Shown: positions 8,930 through 17,400, counted from the stretch's first letter. The stretch is DNA of 18,306 nucleotides from Candidatus Heimdallarchaeota archaeon (GCA_046761065.1 JBHIFL010000079.1:1-18306), one strand, 5' to 3'. Notes: generated by a model from the letters alone, not told the origin. Numbers and translations: made by a program.

Positions 8930-9862
8930 TTGATGACAGGATTTCGCCCGAAAGACGGATTGGTTTCCCCGCGTTTTGCAGGAGTTCCTACTTTCATGCG
9001 ACTCCCCCAAGTGACTGACCCACATCAACTTGACATTGCCCTTGTCGGTGTACCCTTTGACGGAGGAACCAGCTACCGGAGCGGAACACGCTTTGGTCCT
9101 CGTGAAATCCGAGTTCAATCGGCGCTTATCCGACCCTATAATCCAGTCTTGCGAATGAATCCCTTTGAAAAAATGCGGGTAGCAGACTTTGGTGACATTG
9201 ATGTAAACCCCTTCTCCATTGAGGATACATTTCAAAGAATTCAACAGGGAATTCAGGTTATCGTCGCCGCTGGAGCTCGGCCTTTTTCAATTGGAGGGGA
9301 CCACTCAATTTCGCTTCCGATCTTGCGTGCCCTAGCCCAAGTGCACGGATGTGGGCAGCTTGGGATGATTCATTTCGACTCCCATGTGGACACATATGAT
9401 ACGTATTTTGGCCGGAAACTAACCCACGGGACACCTTTTCGCCGAGCAGTTGAAGAGAACCTTCTCGACCCACATAAGGTCATCCAAATCGGAATACGCG
9501 GACATCTCTACGATGAAACGGATTTTGATTTCAATAAAGAATGCGGGATCACCATGGTTCCCATTGAAGAGGTTTTTGAGCGGGGCATCCCATTTGTGAT
9601 CAAGAAGATTCAGGAGCTCAATGGAGAAAAATTCTATCTAAGCTTTGATATCGATGTAGTAGATCCTGCGTTTGCTCCTGGAACCGGTACTCCACAAATT
9701 GGTGGAGTGACGAGTTATCAAGCGCTACAATTAATACGAACTCTAAAAGAGATAGACTTTGTAGGCTGTGATCTCGTTGAAGTGTCACCCCCCTACGACA
9801 GCGCGAACATAACGTCCCTGCTCGCTGCGAACCTTATATTCGAAATTTTATGCGTCCTTTAA
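8930..9862 (+). CDS. speB: Agmatinase/guanidino-acid hydrolase (ureohydrolase family); start probably ATG 8933
   Basis: GVPFDGGTSYRSGTRFGPREIR, GGDHS, DSHVD, HGTPF, SFDIDVVDP, GTGTP, DLVEVSPPYD. GGAGG RBS. Exact substrate cannot be determined from motifs. Confidence 0.9.
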   Translation: MMTGFRPKDGLVSPRFAGVPTFMRLPQVTDPHQLDIALVGVPFDGGTSYRSGTRFGPREIRVQSALIRPYNPVLRMNPFEKMRVADFGDIDVNPFSIEDTFQRIQQGIQVIVAAGARPFSIGGDHSISLPILRALAQVHGCGQLGMIHFDSHVDTYDTYFGRKLTHGTPFRRAVEENLLDPHKVIQIGIRGHLYDETDFDFNKECGITMVPIEEVFERGIPFVIKKIQELNGEKFYLSFDIDVVDPAFAPGTGTPQIGGVTSYQALQLIRTLKEIDFVGCDLVEVSPPYDSANITSLLAANLIFEILCVL

Positions 9863-9895
9863 CTTAGTAATCTATCTCAAAGAGATAAGGATTTG

Positions 9896-10307
9896 TTAGA
9901 AATATATAAGGGAGATGCCACCGAATATGGCGAAGTAATAGAGCACCAGAATTAGATAACCTAGTCGAGGGTGGAATCACACAGTTTCTGGATGAAGCCA
10001 CATCTTCCCGAGGGTTCGCGTATCACATATCCCTCTTGCGACTTGACAGAGAGCCAGAATCAGCAAGGTTGAACTGACCGGTGTGGAATATTAGATTCGA
10101 AGGTGGGGCAGGAAAAGCTCGGATGAATTGAGGAATAAACCAAGTTAGAGCAACGATGGTGTGGATAGATATCCCTGAGGTCATTACTAGATGATGTATT
10201 CTGATCCCTTCGAGGGTTTTTCTCATTCGTGCAAGGATAAAACCCGCAGTCAAAGCGATAGCTATTAGGATATCGACAAGGGTAGTTATTTGATATGTGG
10301 TAACCAT
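9896..10307 (-). pseudogene. Disrupted 4-TM DUF420/cytochrome-b561-like membrane protein
   Basis: After LIFHT a +1 shift near 10078-10081 gives VSSTLLILALCQVARG...HPETV*FHPRLGYLILVLYYFAIFGGISLIYF*. In-frame TGA at 9979..9977; terminal TAA at 9898..9896. His residues sit at TM boundaries. Confidence 0.7.
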
Positions 10308-10351
10308 ACATCTTCTTCCCTGTGAATTGATTGAAACGTATACAACCTTAC

Positions 10352-10403
10352 AATTGGGCTATTGGCGGTTTTTTCACCTAAAACCAGTAAAATAGCGGCA
10401 ATT
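10352..10403. other. Imperfect three-segment hairpin downstream of the Zn-ribbon gene
   Basis: AATTG/CAATT, GCTATT/AATAGC and GGTTTT/AAAACC nested pairings. Confidence 0.5.
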
Positions 10404-10423
10404 TATCTATCTTTTTTGTGATC

Positions 10424-10627
10424 TCAATCTTGTGAGTGTTGGATTTCAAGGCAAGTAGCTTTCCGCAAGAAGAGATGACTATCAAATGTCGCGATTAGAA
10501 CGCGAGCACCGTTGTTGTGTAAACACGCAAGGGAAAAAAGCGGTCCATTTCCCACATTCTCCTCTTTTATGATAAAAATGAGTTTTTCCTTGCATTGAGG
10601 ACAGACGATTGTTTTTATAAGAACCAT
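10424..10627 (-). CDS. Small Zn-ribbon-like protein (CPxC...CxH...FDxxxxLR)
   Basis: 67 aa, CPQC, 22 nt after the GTPase stop with a purine-rich RBS (GAAGGGG). Confidence 0.75.
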   Translation of the reverse strand: MVLIKTIVCPQCKEKLIFIIKEENVGNGPLFSLACLHNNGARVLIATFDSHLFLRKATCLEIQHSQD

Positions 10628-10649
10628 ACATTTTCCCCTTCGAGGATTC

Positions 10650-11207
10650 TTATGTCAGTGTGACCATTTCCCTAACACTTGAATTCTCCCATCTGGTAAT
10701 CAATTCTGATGAGATGAGTTCAAACAGTTCATTAACATTTTCGCCAGTTAATGACGATGTCTCAATAATATGGGAGAATCCCTGCTCGCAGGCCCACTTT
10801 GCGAGGAACTCTTTGTCGATTTCTCTTTCCAAATCTTTCTTTGTTCCGACAAGGATAAGAAGAGGTTGATTATCCGCGTTTTGCGCAACTTCAAGCCAAG
10901 TAGGCAAATTTTCGAATGTATCGATTCGTGATAGATCAACAGCAAGCATGACAACATGGGATCCTTGAACGTACTTATCAAAAACATGCATGCGTTGAAA
11001 ACGTTCTTGGCCGCTCAGATCCCAAATTTGGAAAGATAGAGACCGATTGCCATGAGTTCGTCTATATATGTGGAAATCTACCCCAATAGTCATTTTAGTA
11101 TTGCCTAAATAACGACCTGACAGGAATCTGCGAATGAGGGTGGTTTTCCCGACCCCTCCATCACCCAAGATACAAAGCTTAAAATTTAATTTATTATTCT
11201 GGTTCAA
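10650..11207 (-). CDS. Rab-like small GTPase (Ras superfamily)
   Basis: G1 GDGGVGKT, G2 TIGVDF, G3 WDLSGQERF, G4 TKKD, G5 ETSS. No C-terminal Cys. TTG start. Confidence 0.95.
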   Translation of the reverse strand: MNQNNKLNFKLCILGDGGVGKTTLIRRFLSGRYLGNTKMTIGVDFHIYRRTHGNRSLSFQIWDLSGQERFQRMHVFDKYVQGSHVVMLAVDLSRIDTFENLPTWLEVAQNADNQPLLILVGTKKDLEREIDKEFLAKWACEQGFSHIIETSSLTGENVNELFELISSELITRWENSSVREMVTLT

Positions 11208-11549
11208 TAATCATCCCTCTCGATCAAACACTCGAAATTCAGATCATAGTTTTATTTTGTCACAATTGAAAAATGAATAATAAACCGATTTTGGAAATAT
11301 TATTCTGATGTCCATAAAAATTATCCTAGAATAGCAAACCATGTTTAATTCATGATGTTTTATGTAGACCTATTAATTGGTGCTATAACTATTATACATG
11401 GAGAATTTGAATACTTAACTTCTCGAATGAACTTCATTGTGCCCAATTGTTCCAATTTTGTATAAGCAATTAACAAGATATGTGAGTCACTGACTGGTCT
11501 TCTTTTGGGAAATTCCAAATAATTACTTATGAGTTAGTGAAATCTTTAG

Positions 11550-11693
11550 TTACTTATTTATTCGTTCTTCATACGCCATTATTGCTCTTCTTCGTTTTCT
11601 TTTCCATTCTCTATTTCGTCTTTCTGTCTTCTTTGAAATTTTCAGATTTTTTTTCTGTTCTAGTCGATCTATTTTCTTTTGCATGTTTTTCAT
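11550..11693 (-). CDS. Putative 47-aa very basic small protein
   Basis: GGGGAG RBS-like sequence before ATG 11693. MKNMQKKIDRLEQKKNLKISKKTERRNREWKRKRRRAIMAYEERINK. Confidence 0.5.
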   Translation of the reverse strand: MKNMQKKIDRLEQKKNLKISKKTERRNREWKRKRRRAIMAYEERINK

Positions 11694-12200
11694 CGAAGAT
11701 CTCTCCCCTACTATCTTTCTACGCATCTTTAACACAAAAATTTGCAAAGGATCAAGATCAAATATGAAAAGAGTTCTAAAACTGATCGTTAGGGCAAAGA
11801 TCGCACTTTTAGTAGTGCCATTAGATCAACTAGAATGAAGTAATCCCTATGATTATGATAAATTTAGTGGTTGTAAATCTCAACTCCTTAGTAGAAGGAC
11901 TCTCTCCGATCTCTAATTAAGCATCCTCCAAATCAATCACCAGATCTAAATCCTATTCGCTTATTCAAGGGTCATGATTGTCTCTAGCTAATGCACAAAG
12001 GACTTCCTGCAAAATTCACGGCTTCTAGCCCAATGATTACCCTGATAATTGGTTATAATCCTTTTAAGATTCAAAGTAAGGTATAGATTCCCAGAACACA
12101 TTGTAATTGTCTAGAAACGAATTCTTTGTGAGAACTAAGTCCATTCTCATTAAATCATTCACTATCATTTGCGTCTCGCTTTTGTTCCGCAAGGAGCGGA

Positions 12201-12620
12201 TTAGATGAACAATGTGATATCCGACTCTTTGGCATCATTCCACCAGGTACCGACTGCTCCATAGGTATCGATTATATCTTCTCGCAGATCGCTCTTCTTA
12301 AGCCCCATGACTTCCATCGTCATCTCGCATGCGATAATCTTTCCACCGAGTTCCTTATAGTCTTTCATCAACCTTTCAAGTGAAGCAATGTTTGCCTTTT
12401 TCATTCGGCGTCTCATCATCCAACGACCCAGGCCAAGGAAATTCATCCGAGAAAGAGGGCCTCCTTCAAGGCCTCCATTCTTTTTAAGCCGCTCTAAACC
12501 CCAAAATGTGAAGTAAATCGAACTTTCCCAGCCCATCGAGAGGTTTCCTGTCCCAATGATCAGCGCCGAATAGAGTTTATCGAGTTCACCGGAGTGGCAT
12601 ATGATGGTTACCCTTTTCAT
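12201..12620 (-). CDS. DsrE/DsrF/DrsH-like (DsrE2-type) sulfur carrier
   Basis: SGELDK, IYFTFWGL, KIIACEMTMEVMG with the conserved Cys, C-terminal TLFI. Confidence 0.9.
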   Translation of the reverse strand: MKRVTIICHSGELDKLYSALIIGTGNLSMGWESSIYFTFWGLERLKKNGGLEGGPLSRMNFLGLGRWMMRRRMKKANIASLERLMKDYKELGGKIIACEMTMEVMGLKKSDLREDIIDTYGAVGTWWNDAKESDITLFI

Positions 12621-12632
12621 AATGATATCCCC

Positions 12633-12866
12633 TCAAACTTTTCGTATGATGATGTGCCATGTTTTCTTGTCGGTTTCTTCTTCAATTCGCAGCAATTCGT
12701 CTCCTAAGGATTCTACTGCCATCGGGATTTCTATCTTCGAGGCTCCATGATTCCCAATGATCTCCAACTCCTCTCCTGGCTTTAACTTCCGAAGCGCCTT
12801 TCGTGTCTCGATCAAAGGAATTGGACACGTTTGGTCTAACACATTAACGACATTTCGCAATTCCAT
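12633..12866 (-). CDS. tusA: TusA/SirA family sulfurtransferase
   Basis: CPIP motif and ALRKLKPGEELEII. True start is ATG 12866 after a GGCGAGG RBS, giving 77 aa. Confidence 0.9.
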   Translation of the reverse strand: MELRNVVNVLDQTCPIPLIETRKALRKLKPGEELEIIGNHGASKIEIPMAVESLGDELLRIEEETDKKTWHIIIRKV

Positions 12867-12904
12867 TATTTCCTCGCCTTTTTGGAATATTTTCCATTTA
12901 CAAA

Positions 12905-13294
12905 TCAGCTTTGCTCCTTCTTTTTTCGATAATCTCGGATGGCCTTGTGCAGACCATCTGCAGCTAGGTTGCTGCAATGCATTTTGATCGGTGGGAGCCC
13001 CCCGAGTTCCTCAGCGACGTCTTTCCGGGTAAGCCCCATTGCTTCATCCAACGTCTTGCCCATAACCATCTGGGTGGCCATACTCGACGTGGCGATCGCG
13101 GCTGCGCACCCAAAGGTTTTTACTTTAATATCCTTGAGGATCTCGGCGCCCTCTTCATTTTTCCCCACTTTTATATAAACCCACATGAGGTCGCCACATT
13201 TGGGGTTCCCGACTTTCCCGATACCATCAGCATCGGGGATTTCTCCCATATTCTTGGGATTCATGAAATTTTCCATGACTTTCTTACTGTACAA
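12905..13294 (-). CDS. iscU: Fe-S cluster scaffold IscU/NifU-like (MisU-type)
   Basis: YSKKVMENFMNPKNMG, GNPKCGD, TFGCAAAIATSS, LGGLPPIKMHCSNL. TTG start with GGAAGGTG RBS. Confidence 0.95.
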   Translation of the reverse strand: MYSKKVMENFMNPKNMGEIPDADGIGKVGNPKCGDLMWVYIKVGKNEEGAEILKDIKVKTFGCAAAIATSSMATQMVMGKTLDEAMGLTRKDVAEELGGLPPIKMHCSNLAADGLHKAIRDYRKKKEQS

Positions 13295-13310
13295 CCTACA
13301 TACACCTTCC

Positions 13311-14495
13311 TTAAAGCTGGTGAGTCCATTCTCTGGAGAGTTCGTTTAACGGACTAATCTTTCTTAATTTTTCAACAATCTCGATTAAATTCTCTACTGT
13401 AAGATCGATCTCTTCCTCAGTATTTTCCCGGCCGAGTGTGAACCTGAGTGACCCGTGAGAGACCTCAGGAGGCAATCCAATGGCGGTCAGAACATGACTG
13501 GCTTCCAAGCGCTTAGATGAACAGGCTGAACCCGTGGCAACTGCAATACCACGCATGTCCAAATGGAGCAACATACTTTCACCTTCTACATAGTTAAAGA
13601 CAAAGCTAGCATGATTGCAGAGGCGCCCTTTATGGGGCCCCGTGAGCTGTGTATGGGGAATTCGGGTGAGAACAGCTTCAATGAGCTTATCTCGAAGATG
13701 TATCATGTGTTGAATATGATCTTCTTTTACTAGCTGAATCGCTCGCCCGAATCCAACAATTCCGGGAACATTTTCTGTCCCAGCTCTTCGTCTTCGTTCT
13801 TGGAAACCTCCGTCAAGCATTCTTGTGAGGTCGATACCCCGTTTTACAAACAATGCGCCGATGCCCTTGGGACCGTGAATCTTATGGGCGGAGAAGGAAG
13901 CAAGCGCAAGACCGTGAGCTTTGACATCGATTGGAACCTTGGTGAAGCTTTGAACCGCATCGGTATGGAATAGGACCTGCTGTTCCGCGCAAATTTTCCC
14001 GATCTCCTGGAGCGGCTGAACGGTTCCAATTTCTTCATTCGCGTGTTGGATTGAAACGAGGATTGTGGAGTCTCTTATGGCATCCGCAAGCTGTCCAAGA
14101 TTGACAAAGCCATCTTTATCAACATCAAGGTAAGTCACTTCAAATCCCTGGGCTTTTAAGGCGTCACAACTATCTAGGACTGAGGAGTGCTCAATTTTCG
14201 ATGTGATCAGATGGGTTCCCTTGTCCCGGTTGGCCAATGCCACGCCTTTTATTGCTAAATTATTTGCTTCGGTGCCTCCAGATGTGAACACGATTTCCTG
14301 AGGGTCTGCGTTGATTGCGTTTGCAAGAATTTCTCTAGCACTCTCGATGGCTTCTCTTGCATGAACACCAAAAGAATGCCCATAATCTGTTGAAGCAATA
14401 CCAAAATGCTTGGAAAAGTAGGGTAACATAGCTTCAAGTACCTCTTTCACTACCGGCGTGGTTGCCCCATGATCTAAATAAATGGATTGTCTCAT
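13311..14495 (-). CDS. iscS: Group I cysteine desulfurase (IscS/NifS, MisS-type)
   Basis: YLDHGATTP, FTSGGTEANN, HTDAVQ, SAHKIHGPKG (PLP Lys), RAGTEN, TGSACSS. ATG 14495 overlaps the regulator stop (ATGA). Confidence 0.96.
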   Translation of the reverse strand: MRQSIYLDHGATTPVVKEVLEAMLPYFSKHFGIASTDYGHSFGVHAREAIESAREILANAINADPQEIVFTSGGTEANNLAIKGVALANRDKGTHLITSKIEHSSVLDSCDALKAQGFEVTYLDVDKDGFVNLGQLADAIRDSTILVSIQHANEEIGTVQPLQEIGKICAEQQVLFHTDAVQSFTKVPIDVKAHGLALASFSAHKIHGPKGIGALFVKRGIDLTRMLDGGFQERRRRAGTENVPGIVGFGRAIQLVKEDHIQHMIHLRDKLIEAVLTRIPHTQLTGPHKGRLCNHASFVFNYVEGESMLLHLDMRGIAVATGSACSSKRLEASHVLTAIGLPPEVSHGSLRFTLGRENTEEEIDLTVENLIEIVEKLRKISPLNELSREWTHQL

Positions 14496-14872
14496 TCCAA
14501 ACACACCGTACAAGTTGCATAGGTACTATTCTCTCGCTCCCGATGAATCTGGCATAGCCGTCTACTTTTTCTAATGAATTTACATAGCTTTTGAACTTCC
14601 TTCATATAGAGTTCATTATTAGTTGCGATTCTTTCAGCAGCCCCTCTTATTTTATGAATGAGCTCTTTGTCAAAATCAACTTTTATTGCTCTTTTCCTTC
14701 TTAAATAATGCGATATGGATGCTTTTGAAACGCCAAGGATACTAGCAATTTTTTCCCGACTCAATTCAAGATCTAGAAACGCTTTGGCAAGTTCTCGTCT
14801 GATTGCAGGAAGAACATACCAAACTTCCAACTCCTGCGGCATGATATATTTCGTACCTTGCAACTTGCTCAT
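14492..14872 (-). CDS. COG2522-type HTH regulator with C-terminal Cys/His metal-binding motif
   Basis: MPQELEVWYVLPAIRRELAK...SREKIASILGVSKASISHYL...KRA, followed by C-x9-C-x2-H-x10-C-x2-C. Confidence 0.88.
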   Translation of the reverse strand: MSKLQGTKYIMPQELEVWYVLPAIRRELAKAFLDLELSREKIASILGVSKASISHYLRRKRAIKVDFDKELIHKIRGAAERIATNNELYMKEVQKLCKFIRKSRRLCQIHRERENSTYATCTVCLE

Positions 14873-14884
14873 TATCCGTCACTA

Positions 14885-14936
14885 AATTAACTATTGTTAA
14901 TTCCCTATAAAAATAAGAAAGTTACCACGTGGTAAC
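14885..14936 (-). promoter_or_regulatory. Operon promoter: TATA box (14913..14906) flanked by two related palindromes
   Basis: AATTAAC-TATT-GTTAATT at 14885-14902 and perfect GTTACCACGTGGTAAC at 14921-14936. Shared core TTAMC-N4-GKTAA. Confidence 0.75.
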
Positions 14937-15135
14937 CTATGGCTAGGGCGTCACTCATTTCTTAGTTAAAAACATGAATAAATAGAATGAAGATGACATA
15001 TCTGAACAAAGGAAAAATTGAGAATTTGCCAACCAGGGCATTTTCACAGAGTTTTCATCTTCAATATTTGGGAACCTTTTTTCCCATCTTTTGCCTTTAG
15101 GTAGAATGCTAACTTATGTATGTCGAGGAGTTACT

Positions 15136-15417
15136 ATGAGCGATCAAGAACAAAAGGATACCCTACCTGATGCCAGTGAATTTTTGGGAGTCAAGTTGGA
15201 ACATGTTGAACCAGAGTCGATGCAAGATGTTGTGACACCTATGTTGAAATGTGTGGTGTGTGGGAGTCAACAGGACCTCCCCCAACACTGTGGTGAGCCG
15301 ATGAAGCTTCAACGGGACAACCAGACGTTTAAATGTGTTTCGTGCGATGATATAATGCCATTTCCTCAACACTGCGATCAGCCAATGCAAATCCATTTAG
15401 TTCGTGCTGGTTCCTAG
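15136..15417 (+). CDS. Small protein with two tandem desulforedoxin-like CxxC-x8-HC-xx-PM motifs
   Basis: GAGGAG RBS before ATG 15136. KCVVCGSQQDLPQHCGEPM and KCVSCDDIMPFPQHCDQPM, 28-codon period. Confidence 0.85.
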   Translation: MSDQEQKDTLPDASEFLGVKLEHVEPESMQDVVTPMLKCVVCGSQQDLPQHCGEPMKLQRDNQTFKCVSCDDIMPFPQHCDQPMQIHLVRAGS

Positions 15418-15657
15418 TTGATTTACCTATTACCTAGACGTGGGAAATCAGTGCCTTCGCTACAGAAAAACATCCAACTCCCCTATTTTTCTTTTTCTGA
15501 CCTAATACCATAAAGCAAAAAATAATTCAAACTTCTGAATGCTTTTGGCCAGCTGGTTTAGCAATAATTATCAACTATAAGCTTTATTTGCATGGGTACA
15601 AATTCATGAATTGACTGGAAATACGTCTGTCCCATAGGAAATGAGAGAGTTTAGGGA

Positions 15658-16602
15658 ATGGCAGTTACTGTTTTTGGGAGTATAAACATGGACTTAGTGG
15701 CTCGTACCCCACGCCTCCCAGCCCCTGCTGAAACAATAACCGGGTATAAATTTTTTACCGCACCCGGAGGCAAGGGTGCTAATCAAGCGGTTGCTACAGC
15801 TCGCCTACAAGTCCCAACGACACTGATCGGTCGTGTTGGCAACGATAGTTTTGGGCGTGAAATCCACCAAAACCTTAAAAGCGCAGATGTTGATGTGTCC
15901 GCTGTTTTCGTTGACCCAGAAGTGACTACCGGGGTAGCCATTATTGCTGTCGATGATATGGCTCAGAATAGCATTATTATTGTACCTGGAGCTAATGAGC
16001 GGGTGGACCAGACAGATGTCGAGCGGTTAAAGCAAAATTTGCCTGGGACAAAAGTGCTCTTACTCCAACTCGAAGTCCCCATGGAGGCGACCATCGCCGC
16101 CGCTCGATTAGGCCAGCAAATGGGGGTCACAGTAGTATTGGATCCTGCTCCGGCGCGTGACTTACCAGTTGGACTTTATACCCTAATTGACATTATCACT
16201 CCTAACGAGGTTGAAGCGAGTCAATTAGTTGGCTTTCCTGTACATACCAAAGCAGATGCTGCTCGTGCTGCCGATGTCCTCTTGAATAGAGGAGTTAATA
16301 CAGCCATCATTAAGATGGGAGCTCTGGGTGTGTATTATGCCACACAAAGTGCTAATCACAAAATAACTCGAAACTTTATTCCCGCATTTAAAGTCAATAC
16401 GATTGATACGGTTGCCGCGGGTGATGCGTTCAACGGAGGCTTGGCCACTGCGCTGGTAGAAAGCTACTCTTTACCAGTAGCTGTTCACTGGGGAGCGGCA
16501 GCCGGCGCGCTCTCCACGACCAAGCCTGGAGCTCAACCTTCCTTGCCTAATCGGGCAGAATTTGAAACATTTCTGTATGAACAGAATACATGGACCGATT
16601 AG
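15658..16602 (+). CDS. rbsK: Ribokinase (PfkB family)
   Basis: GSINMDLV, PGGKGANQAVA, LLQLEVP, TPNEVEA, DTVAAGDAFNG. Confidence 0.93.
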   Translation: MAVTVFGSINMDLVARTPRLPAPAETITGYKFFTAPGGKGANQAVATARLQVPTTLIGRVGNDSFGREIHQNLKSADVDVSAVFVDPEVTTGVAIIAVDDMAQNSIIIVPGANERVDQTDVERLKQNLPGTKVLLLQLEVPMEATIAAARLGQQMGVTVVLDPAPARDLPVGLYTLIDIITPNEVEASQLVGFPVHTKADAARAADVLLNRGVNTAIIKMGALGVYYATQSANHKITRNFIPAFKVNTIDTVAAGDAFNGGLATALVESYSLPVAVHWGAAAGALSTTKPGAQPSLPNRAEFETFLYEQNTWTD

Positions 16603-16650
16603 GGTGCCATAAAGTTCGTCTATGGACTAAATTCGAAGAGTTTCCTCGAG

Positions 16651-17367
16651 ATGGTTTACATGAAACTTCAAGGAAAACTTTTAGCCGGAGTTTTTCGTGC
16701 AAGACCGAACCGGTTTTTGGCCTTAATTGATATAGAAAAGGGCATCACAATTCCTTGCTTTGTGCCTAATCCGGGAAGAATGCATGAGTTACTAATCCCA
16801 GGGGTTGAAGTTATGTTAAATGAGGCTCAGAATTTGCAGAACAGAAAGACACGGTACGACTTATTTGGTGTTCATTATGGTGACCAAATTGTTTCAATTG
16901 ATTCAAGGATTCCAAATAAACTGGTACATGAAGCTTTACTAAAGGAAGAACTAGAGGAATTCATGGGATATGATACAATAAGAACGGAGTGTCGTTATGG
17001 AGACAGTCGAATAGATTTTTGCCTTTTTGCGAAAAATAGAAACCCCTGTTTGTTAGAAATCAAATCCTGCACCCTGGTGAAAGGCGATAGAGCACTATTT
17101 CCGGATGCACCTACTGAACGCGGTCGACGACACATGATGGAGTTAGCTGAAGCGAAACAGAAAGGGTATCGAACCTGTGTACTATTTATTGTCCAGAGAA
17201 CAGATACGCGAATATTTTCTCCAAATGACGAGACAGATCCGAAGTTTGGTGAGGCGCTAAGAGCCGCTGCAGCCAATGGGGTAGAGATATATTCGTACTT
17301 CTCCATCTATCAAGAAGATGAAGTAACACTAGGAGGAAAGCTTTTAGTGGACCTTAGGAGAAATTAA
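16651..17367 (+). CDS. sfsA: SfsA family DNA/RNA nuclease
   Basis: RPNRF, VPNPGRMHEL, SRIDF, EIKSCTL, FPDAPTERGRRH. Confidence 0.95.
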   Translation: MVYMKLQGKLLAGVFRARPNRFLALIDIEKGITIPCFVPNPGRMHELLIPGVEVMLNEAQNLQNRKTRYDLFGVHYGDQIVSIDSRIPNKLVHEALLKEELEEFMGYDTIRTECRYGDSRIDFCLFAKNRNPCLLEIKSCTLVKGDRALFPDAPTERGRRHMMELAEAKQKGYRTCVLFIVQRTDTRIFSPNDETDPKFGEALRAAAANGVEIYSYFSIYQEDEVTLGGKLLVDLRRN

Positions 17368-17400
17368 GGTCATTACATCCTTAAACCGCTTAATCTTCTT

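Noticed and set aside
12867-12977. N-terminal extension of tusA in the ORF track
   Set aside because: Overlaps iscU; RBS and family length support ATG 12866.
13296-13301. ATG-TAG start-stop just before the iscU TTG
   Set aside because: RBS spacing fits the TTG (8 nt), not this ATG (1 nt); probably chance.
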